Source: Squalus acanthias
Taxonomy: Eukaryota
Assembly (NCBI GenBank): GCA_030390025.1
Contig: JASTWF010000339.1
Coordinates: 496,001 to 522,060, forward strand
Length of the DNA: 26,060 nt
Reading direction: 5' to 3'
This document shows, one piece after another, positions 1-6,410 of the stretch. The notes under the pieces are model-generated. The model saw nothing but the letters and a program-made list of their open reading frames with translations, was not told the origin of the DNA and did not search any database. The translations under genes and the position numbers were made by a program. Within the stretch, counting starts at the first letter, position 1, and each line of letters opens with the position of its first letter.

Positions 1-137
1 TGCAAGGATCAGTGCTTGGGCCTCAGCTATTTACAATCTATATCAATGACTTTGATGAAGGGACCGAGTGCAATGTATCCAAGTTTGCTGACGACACAAA
101 GCTAGGAGGGATAATAAGCTGTGAGGAGAACACAAAG
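1..137 (+). mobile_element. CR1-clade LINE fragment A, part 1 (ORF2 reverse transcriptase core; starts before the window)
   Basis: Frame from base 3 reads [45 protein letters not shown], containing the non-LTR RT motifs QGSVLGP and FADD. It continues at 706 as KSLQRDIDR once the 138-705 insertion is removed. Confidence 0.93.
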
Positions 138-138
138 C

Positions 139-627
139 AAAACGCTAGTTAGGCCACAGCTGGAATACTGTGTGCAGTTCTGGTCGCCACACTATAGGAA
201 GGATGTGATTGCATTGGAGAGGGTGCAGAGGAGATTCACCAGGATGTTACCTGGGCTGGAGCGCTACAGCTATGAAGAGAGACTGGACAGGCTAGGGTTG
301 TTTTCCTTCGAGCAGAGAAGGCTGAGGGGGGATCTGATTGAGTTGTACAAAATTATGAGGGGCATAGATAGGGTAGATAGAAAGGAACTTTTCCTCTTAG
401 TAGAGGGGTCAATAACCAGGGGGCATAGTTTCAAGGTAAGGGGCAGGAGGTTTAGAGGGGATTTGAGGAAAAACTTTTTCACCCAGAGGGTGGTTGGAAT
501 CTGGAACTCACTGCCTGAAAGGGTGGTAGAGGCAGGAACCCTCACAACATTCAAGATGCATTTAGATGAGCACTTGAAACGCCATAGCATACAAGGCTAT
601 GGACCAAGTGCTGGAAACTGGGATTAG
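139..627 (+). pseudogene. CR1-B ORF2 C-terminal fragment (post-RT region), uninterrupted to its stop codon
   Basis: ORF 121..627 in the track. Motifs [51 protein letters not shown] are typical of the CR1 ORF2 tail. The first 6 codons of the track ORF belong to CR1-A. Confidence 0.88.
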
Positions 628-705
628 AATAGACAGGGCTTGATGGCCGGCGCGGACACGATGGGCCGAAGGGCCTCTTTCTGTGCTGTATAACTCTATG
701 ATTCT
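628..705 (+). other. CR1-B 3' UTR with small stem-loop and octamer-repeat tail
   Basis: GGCC-GAAG-GGCC hairpin (664-675) followed by TTTCTGTGCTGTATAACTCTATGATTCT. CR1-clade LINEs end in a 3' stem-loop plus short tandem repeats rather than poly(A). Confidence 0.75.
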
Positions 706-1033
706 AAAGAGTCTGCAAAGGGATATAGACAGGATATGTGAGTGGGCAATAAGGTGGCAGATGCAGTATAATGTGGGGAAATATGAGGTTATTCACTTTG
801 GTCAGAACTATCGAAAAACAATATTTTTTATACGGTGAGAAACTATTAAATGTTGGAGTTCAGAGAGATTTAGGTGTCCTCGTACAGGAAACACAAAGTT
901 AGCATGAAGGTACAGCAAGCAATTAGGAAGGCAAATGGCATGTTGGCCTTTATTGCAAGGGGTTGGAGTATAAGAGTGAGGAAGTCTTGCTACAATTGTA
1001 CAGGGCCTTGGTGAGACCACACCTGGAGCTTTT
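706..1033 (+). mobile_element. CR1-clade LINE fragment A, part 2 (degenerate, frameshifted)
   Basis: Reads KSLQRDIDRICEWAIRWQMQYNVGKYEVIHFG, then QRDLGVLV, then ANGMLAFIARGLEYKSEEVLLQLYRALVRPHLE, with small indels. Collinear with part 1 and part 3. Confidence 0.92.
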
Positions 1034-1045
1034 GGGGTAAAAATT
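1034..1045 (+). repeat. Left terminal inverted repeat
   Basis: GGGGTAAAAATT, 11/12 identical to the reverse complement of 5170-5181. Preceded by TTT (1031-1033). Confidence 0.9.
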
Positions 1046-1064
1046 CACTTGGTTGCGCCTCCCG

Positions 1065-1170
1065 TTAGCGCCTTAAGAGGGCGCTAATGGGGCGTTAAGC
1101 CGCTAACGCCCGGGCGCAGCGCTGTTTGCGCCGCTCGAGAACTTAACTTGAGATTGTGCGGCGGCGCTAA
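1065..1170. promoter_or_regulatory. Left subterminal TTAGCGCC/GGCGCTAA motif cluster (candidate binding sites for the Myb-like protein)
   Basis: TTAGCGCC (1065-1072) and GGCGCTAA (1080-1087) form an inverted pair. Further copies: GGCGTTAA (1091-1098) and GGCGCTAA (1163-1170). Function inferred from Harbinger biology. Confidence 0.6.
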
Positions 1171-1343
1171 AACTTACCGCTGCGACCACCTGCGCGCGCA
1201 GATTGTGACGTCATTCCATGGTGCAACGCCCTTGGGGCGCCCCGGAGCGGAAATTGAGTGGCGCCCCCTGCCTTACCGCCTGGCGCTTCCAACGACCGGA
1301 AGACTGGAACGTTATCAATCGGTGTGGGGCTGGGGGGGGGCGC

Positions 1344-1351
1344 TATTTAAA
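1344..1351 (+). promoter_or_regulatory. Candidate TATA box for the transposase gene
   Basis: TATTTAAA embedded in GC-rich sequence about 200 bp upstream of ATG 1546. Motif match only. Confidence 0.4.
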
Positions 1352-1404
1352 GGGGGCCTCTTCCTGTCTTTTTCTGTGGTCGACATTTATGCACCACTCG
1401 TTCT

Positions 1405-1442
1405 GAGAGAGAGAGAGAGATTCGGAGAGAGAGAGAGAGAGA
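1405..1442 (+). repeat. Interrupted (GA)8-TTCG-(GA)9 microsatellite in the presumed transposase 5' UTR
   Basis: Read directly from the sequence. Confidence 0.95.
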
Positions 1443-1545
1443 CTTCTACATTGACTCCACGCTTTGTGAGGTAGTTTTGCCTATTCATCCTAACTTTGTT
1501 GCTACTTTAGTTGCTGTACCTCATTACTTTTCTGGCAAAGAGAAT

Positions 1546-2757
1546 ATGTGGGCTGCAATGATTGGGGGCGTCGTCCTGCTCCAGCTGAATCGGAGGATAG
1601 TGAGACGCAGACAGAGAGTGGCAATGATGGCCAGACGGAGGAGGGCCATCAGGTGCATGTACAGGAGAGCTTACCCTCCCAGGGTATATCGTGAACAGCT
1701 CTCCTACATCCATATGTCCGAGGAGCTGTGTTTGCGAAGGCTGCGATTCAGCAAGGAGGTGGTCACTGAGCTCTGCCACCTGCTGCAGCCAGATCTGCAG
1801 CCTCAGCTGAGGTCCAGGACGTCTCTGTCGGTGGCAGTGAAGGTCACAGTGGCTTTGAACTTCTACGCCACTGGCTCATTCCAAGCTGCTGTTGGGGACC
1901 TCGCCAATATCTCCCAGTTTGCGGTGCATCGCTGCATCCGGCAGGTCACCAATGCCCTCTTCAGAAGGAGACGAGACTTCATCTCTTTCCCTATGACCCC
2001 AGACAAGCAGCGTGACCGTGCTATGGGCTTTGCGAGGGTAGCGGGCTTCCCCATGGTGCAGGGCGCCATTGACTGCACGCATGTGGCTTTGCGTGCTCCG
2101 CGAGAGAATGCAGAGGAATTCAGGAACAGAAAGGGGTTCCATTCCTTGAATGTGCAGTTGGTCTGTGACCACAGACAGGTGATACTCGCTGTCAATGCCC
2201 ACTATCCGGGCAGCTGCCACGATGCTTTCATCCTGCGCCAGACTACTGTGGCAGAACTTTTCGAGGCACCGCATCAGCCAATTGGTTGGCTTCTGGGGAA
2301 CAAGGGGTACGCATTGAGCACCTGGCTGATGACACCGCTCCGTACGCCAAACACCCCTGCTGAGCTGCGGTACAATGAAAGCCATCAAGCAACCAGGAAC
2401 ATTATTGAGCGCACAATCGGCGTGCTGAAACAACGGTTCCGCTGTCTGGACCATTCCGGAGGAGCCCTGCAGTACTCGCCTGAGCAAGTTTCGAACTTCG
2501 TAGTCGTGTGCTGCATGTTGCACAACATGGCAATCCTCAGGACCCAGCCAATGCCACCAGGCCTTGTAGCACCACCAGAGGAGGAGGAGGAAGAGGAGGA
2601 ACAGGACGAGGACGATGATCATCAGCAGCACCAAGGCGGGAGGGCAGGCCCACAATGGTCAAACTGCAAGGGCCGTCCGTCAACGACTAATAGCAAGCCG
2701 CTTCTAGGGCCCCTGCCATTGCTACAAACACTAATCAACCCAGCACGCAACCCCTAA
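1546..2757 (+). CDS. PIF/Harbinger DDE transposase (HARBI1-like family), intronless, probably inactivated
   Basis: First in-frame ATG at 1546 of track ORF 1477..2757 (403 aa). Motifs: LRFSK, LSVAVKVTVALNFYATGSFQ, GFPMVQGAIDCTH (D at 2071), FRNRKGFHSLNVQLVCD, PGSCHDAFI (D at 2221), WLLGNKGY (N at 2299 where D is expected), YNESHQATRNIIERTIGVLKQRFRCL (E at 2407), CCMLHN, acidic tail. The ancestral stop is likely TAG at 2705-2707 in the +1 frame. Confidence 0.93.
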   Translation: MWAAMIGGVVLLQLNRRIVRRRQRVAMMARRRRAIRCMYRRAYPPRVYREQLSYIHMSEELCLRRLRFSKEVVTELCHLLQPDLQPQLRSRTSLSVAVKVTVALNFYATGSFQAAVGDLANISQFAVHRCIRQVTNALFRRRRDFISFPMTPDKQRDRAMGFARVAGFPMVQGAIDCTHVALRAPRENAEEFRNRKGFHSLNVQLVCDHRQVILAVNAHYPGSCHDAFILRQTTVAELFEAPHQPIGWLLGNKGYALSTWLMTPLRTPNTPAELRYNESHQATRNIIERTIGVLKQRFRCLDHSGGALQYSPEQVSNFVVVCCMLHNMAILRTQPMPPGLVAPPEEEEEEEEQDEDDDHQQHQGGRAGPQWSNCKGRPSTTNSKPLLGPLPLLQTLINPARNP

Positions 2758-2818
2758 GCCGGCCAAGGCACCAATAATTCCAGCCACCAGCCATGTATAT
2801 TTTGAATACAGAAACTTA

Positions 2819-2824
2819 TTTATT
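2819..2824 (-). terminator. Candidate polyadenylation signal (AATAAA) for the Myb-like gene
   Basis: TTTATT on the + strand, about 180 nt downstream of the - strand stop at 3002, in the AT-rich intergenic stretch. Confidence 0.5.
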
Positions 2825-2868
2825 TTACAAACTCTGTGTGTGTCAATTCCTCATGACAAACTCATAGA

Positions 2869-2874
2869 AATAAA
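2869..2874 (+). terminator. Candidate polyadenylation signal (AATAAA) for the transposase; a second copy lies at 2969-2974
   Basis: AATAAA downstream of the transposase stop. Confidence 0.5.
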
Positions 2875-3001
2875 CACAAAAAAACAGTCAATAACATAAC
2901 TGGTTCTCACAACCTGGAGATAATGTCCAAAACACTAAACAAAAGTTGGACCATGAACCTCGGCCTTTAATAAAAAAATGACCAGCATTTTGGCACACCT
3001 C

Positions 3002-4824
3002 CTACTTTTTGCCCTTCGAGGGTGATCTCCTTCCCTTGCGCACTTCCCCCCTTCTAACCCTACTGCTCCTCCGTAATGGGACCTCAGTGGCTGCAGCAAG
3101 GCTGGTGGAAGGCTGCTGCTCGTCAGACCCTGACACTGCAGATGCCCCTGAAGGACGGCCTCGACCACTTCTGGGCCTGGAGGGCCCGGCTGCAGACTGC
3201 ACCAACTCTGCATGGGCGGCAGCAGTCTGTCCTACAGGCGGTGGCAAGTGCAGTGGAGAAGTGACAGTGTTGGCAGCAGGAATGCTGTCATCGTGAGAGA
3301 GGACAGCAACTCCCTGCTCGCCCGACACACTGGCACTCCCACGGGGCAGCACTTCAGCATCCGGAGCAATTTGCCGGAGAACAGATTGCTGGCCTGCTGC
3401 GGCGCGGTGACAGCCCCGGGGACATGTGCACGAACCATCGAGGATGGCAGCAGTCAGTGCTCGCGTGGCCTCAATCTGAGTCTGCATGAGAGCAGTCTCA
3501 GATGGGTTCCTGGCAGCCAGTGACTGAATTGCAGCACTAAGCTTTAGTGTGGCATCCACCTGTGCTACAGCGAAGTGCTCCACACTCCTTGCCAGTGACT
3601 CAATGCATTCGGGCACCCTTCCCGCTGCACCCATGAGCTCAGTGTGCATGCCCACCGCCTGGCTGTTCATTTCTGCAATCAGCCGCTCCTCCTCTGCGTC
3701 CATTGCAGTAGGAGTGTCTGGCATACTCTCCCTCTGGGGAGAAGGCTCCCGTTCTTCCCTCCCCCCCCCATGGCGTTGCTGCAGCCCGCTGGGTCCTGGA
3801 GCTTCACCATCATCAGCCCCTTCCCCCCTGCTCCCCTCCGGGGAAGGCGTGTTCCCAGTGTGGGCATGGGCTTCCTCGGGAGAGGGTGGCACTGATGCTC
3901 CGGCTTCCTCTTCCTCCTCAGCTGCAGCATCACTCCCAGTGGCAGCTTCAGGGCCCGTCTCCTCAGCTGGTGAATCACCATCTGAAAGCAGGGAGGTACA
4001 AGAGTGGCTTTAGCGTGAGGACAGGGTGGCAGTAAGGGAGGAATAAGTGCAGCGAGTTAGCAAGTTGGATTGAAAGTGTCAAAGGCTGGTATTGTGAGGG
4101 ACAAGTGGAAGGACAGAGGACAAAAAGGTGATGACCTTACCATTGCTGTCCACAACGGGGTCGGCGTCTCCAGTGGCGACGGGACCGATCACCCGGCTTG
4201 CCACAATCCTGTGGACGCGCTCCTCCAGATCGCTGAGGGGTTTCAGCTGAAGCCGCCCTCCACCCGTCCGTTGCTGCTGTCTCCGATTATGAGCCAGCTT
4301 AGCCTGCAAGAAAAAGGACAGCATCTGAGTAAATATACAGCCATGGTCTTGCCTGATGTGCCTCCCATAGGTGAATAGCCCTTACTGTATGCAGCCATGG
4401 TCTTGCCTGATGTGCCTCCCATAGGTGAATAGCCCTTACTGTATGCAAAGTGTGGAATGTGTGTGTGTGTTTGATGAAAGGGCCATAGGTGTTGGATGAG
4501 TGTTGTGCATTGGGGTTTTAAGACCCTCTGGCCATAGAGTGAGGTTGAGATGGAGGGATGGAGAGGTATTGAGAAAAAGCCACTCACCCTGACGACCCGA
4601 GTGAGGTCGTTGAACTTTTTGCGGCATTGAACATGGGTCCTGGGCACCATGCTCCTGGAGGAGACGCTCTGAGCCACCTCCCTCCACACTCTTCTGAACT
4701 CGCGTGGCAAAGGCCTCCTGCCACTCTCCGGGAACAGCATGCATCGTCTGCGCTCCACTGCGTCAACCAGAGCATCCAAGGCCCGCTCGGTGAAGCGATG
4801 AGCGCGTTCTCTCACCCTCTCCAT
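3002..4824 (-). CDS. Harbinger accessory Myb/SANT-like (trihelix) DNA-binding protein, 3 exons: join(4824..4588, 4303..4141, 3981..3002), 459 aa
   Basis: Exon 1 has RAHRFTERALDALVDAVERRR...VWREVAQSVSS...RTHVQCRKKFNDL (Myb/SANT-like domain). Donor AGG|GTGAGT (4587), acceptor TTTTTCTTGCAG|G (4304), donor ATG|GTAAGG (4140), acceptor CCCTGCTTTCAG|A (3982). 237+163+980 = 1380 nt, frame maintained into track ORF 3002..3892, ending at TAG. Exon 2 has the family-typical 'RQQQRTGGG' segment. Confidence 0.88.
4338..4445. repeat. Perfect 54-bp tandem duplication within intron 1 of the Myb-like gene
   Basis: CAGCCATGGTCTTGCCTGATGTGCCTCCCATAGGTGAATAGCCCTTACTGTATG at 4338-4391 and 4392-4445. Confidence 0.95.
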
Positions 4825-4994
4825 GCTTGGCAGCAAAATGGATTACAGGTCTCTCCAGGCTGAGATTCAAGGCTGCAATGAGCAGGGTGTGGCTGGGGAG
4901 CAAGTGGCCCCCCCCACTTTAAGAAGTGTCCGGCGCCATTGTGTCTGTGTTCCCTCGCTAACTGGCAGCAGCTGCGCTGCGCTCGTGCGCTGAG

Positions 4995-5152
4995 TTAGCG
5001 CCTCACTCCTTGGCCTTTGCGCCTTAAGAGAGGTGTGCAGCGCCTAATTTAGCGCTCCACTCACCTCCCGGGGCGGTAAAAGTGAAGTTTCCTGTCAGTG
5101 CCGATAATTAGCGCCAGGCGCTAATATTTGCGCCCGGACGATATTTGCGCCC
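4995..5152. promoter_or_regulatory. Right subterminal TTAGCGCC/TTTGCGCC motif cluster
   Basis: TTAGCGCC (4995-5002), TTTGCGCCTTAAGAG (5016-5030), TTAGCGCT (5049-5056), palindrome ATTAGCGCC-A-GGCGCTAAT (5107-5125), direct repeat ATATTTGCGCCC (5124-5135 and 5141-5152). Confidence 0.6.
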
Positions 5153-5169
5153 CAAATGGGGCGCGACCT

Positions 5170-5181
5170 AATTTCTACCCC
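5170..5181 (-). repeat. Right terminal inverted repeat
   Basis: AATTTCTACCCC, reverse complement GGGGTAGAAATT. Followed by TTT (5182-5184). Confidence 0.9.
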
Positions 5182-5402
5182 TTTGTCTCCTTATCTGAGG
5201 AAGGACATACATGCCTTAGAGGCGGTGCAACAAAGGTTCACTAGATTAATCCCTGGGATGAGAGGCTTGTCCTATGAGGAGAGATTGAGTAGATTGGGCC
5301 GATACTCTCTGGAATTTAGAAGAATGAGAGGTGATCTCATTGAAACATAAGATTCTGAGGGGGGATTGAGAGGTTTTTTCCCCCTGGCTGGAGAGTCGAG
5401 AA
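5182..5402 (+). mobile_element. CR1-clade LINE fragment A, part 3 (3' end missing)
   Basis: Reads SPYLRKDIHALEAVQQRFTRLIPGMRGLSYEERLSRLGRYSLEFRRMRGDLIET, then FFPLAGESR. This is the expected continuation of ...LVRPHLE at 1028. The right boundary is approximate. Confidence 0.9.
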
Positions 5403-6410
5403 GTTGGTGCTGTTGGGGAGGGTTTAAATTAATTTGGCAGGGGGATGGGCACCAGGATGTAGCATTAGAAAGGAGAAACAAAGGATTGGGAGAGACAGAG
5501 AGCATTATAGTAAGACAGAGTAAGGGAATAGATGGGATCAGACTAAGAGAGAATACAAGAAGGTCTAAGATAGGTTTACAGTGCATGTGTGTAAAGGCTC
5601 GAAGCGTGGTAAATAAGGTTGGTGAGCTGCAGGTGCAGATAGCCACATGGAAATATGGTGTCGTGGCGATAACGGAGACCTGGCTCAAAAAAGGGCAGGA
5701 TTGGGTCCTAAATATTCCTGGATATAACGGGCATTTGGAGAGGTTTAAGCTAATTAAGGAGAGCCAACACGGATTTGTAAAAGGCGGATCGTGTTTGACT
5801 AATCTAATTGAATTTTTTGATGAAGTTACAGGGAGGATTGATGAAGGGAATACAATGGATGTTGTCTACATGGATTTTAGGAAGGCGCTTGACAAAGTAC
5901 CACATAGAAGGCTGGTTAACAAAATTGAGGCTCATGGAATAGGTGGGTCAGTGGCAGCTTGGATAAGGAATTGGCTTAAGGACAAAACACAGCGAGTTGT
6001 GGTAAATGGCTGTTTATCAGACTGGAGGATGGTGGACAGTGGTGTTCCCCAAGGGTCAGTGCTGGGCCACTGCTTTTTTTGACATATATAAATGATCTGG
6101 ATATTGCAATATTGAATAGAATTTCTAAATTTGCTGATGACACCAAACTCGGGGGTATGGCAAACAGTGAGGATGATACCAATCGACTACAACAGGACAA
6201 AGAAAGGCTAGCAGAATGGGCAGACAAGTGGCAGATGGAATTTAATACAGAGAAGTGTGAGGTGATGCGTTTTGGCAGAAGGAACAGGGAGAGGCAATAT
6301 ACACTTAATGGCACAGTTTTAAAGAGTGTGCAGAGACAGAGGGACCTGGGAGTTAATGTGCATAGGTCCCTGAAGGTGGCAGGACATATTGAGAGAGTGG
6401 TTAGCAAAGT
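5403..6410 (+). mobile_element. CR1-clade LINE fragment C: ORF1 terminus, ORF2 endonuclease start fused by deletion to the RT domain, truncated by the satellite
   Basis: VGAVGEGLN* (5403-5432) resembles a CR1 ORF1 end. LQCMCVKARSVVNK...VVAITETWL...LNIPGY is the AP-endonuclease N-terminus. Then QHGFVKGGSCLTNL, DVVYMDFRKALDKVPH, SGVPQGSVLG, a 1-bp frameshift near 6067, then YINDLD, KFADDTK, WQMEFNTEKC, QRDLGV. Confidence 0.9.

Larger units (their letters stand above)
138..705 (+). mobile_element. CR1-clade LINE B, 5'-truncated copy with intact 3' end, inserted into CR1-A
   Basis: Encodes the ORF2 C-terminus ([17 protein letters not shown]...GYGPSAGNWD*), then a short 3' UTR ending in the CR1-type octamer tail ACTCTATG-ATTCT. 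Flanked by AAAG at 134-137 and 706-709. Confidence 0.92.
1034..5181 (+). mobile_element. Full-length PIF/Harbinger DNA transposon (4148 bp), two convergent genes
   Basis: TIRs GGGGTA(A/G)AAATT at both ends, TTT on both sides, Harbinger-type DDE transposase on + and Myb/SANT-like gene on -. GC/CpG-rich relative to the flanks. The interrupted CR1 resumes directly after it. Confidence 0.95.

Noticed and set aside
1148..1545. ORFs 1148..1474, 1218..1406 and the TTG-initiated extension 1477-1545
   Set aside because: They cross GC-rich subterminal DNA and a GA microsatellite, have no recognisable motifs, and mostly use non-ATG starts.
1546..2757. Host gene HARBI1 (or NAIF1 for the partner gene)
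   Set aside because: The ORFs lie between TIRs with a target duplication inside a LINE, so this is a transposon copy. No gene symbol assigned.
4243..4587. C-terminal half of ORF 4243..4836, with the repeated peptide AYSKGYSPMGGTSGKTMA
   Set aside because: It is read-through into intron 1. The peptide repeat is simply the 54-bp duplication.
1507..4863. Antisense and alternate-frame ORFs overlapping the two Harbinger genes (e.g. 1876..2655 -, 3549..4013 +)
   Set aside because: These are shadow ORFs expected in GC-rich coding DNA and have no domain features.
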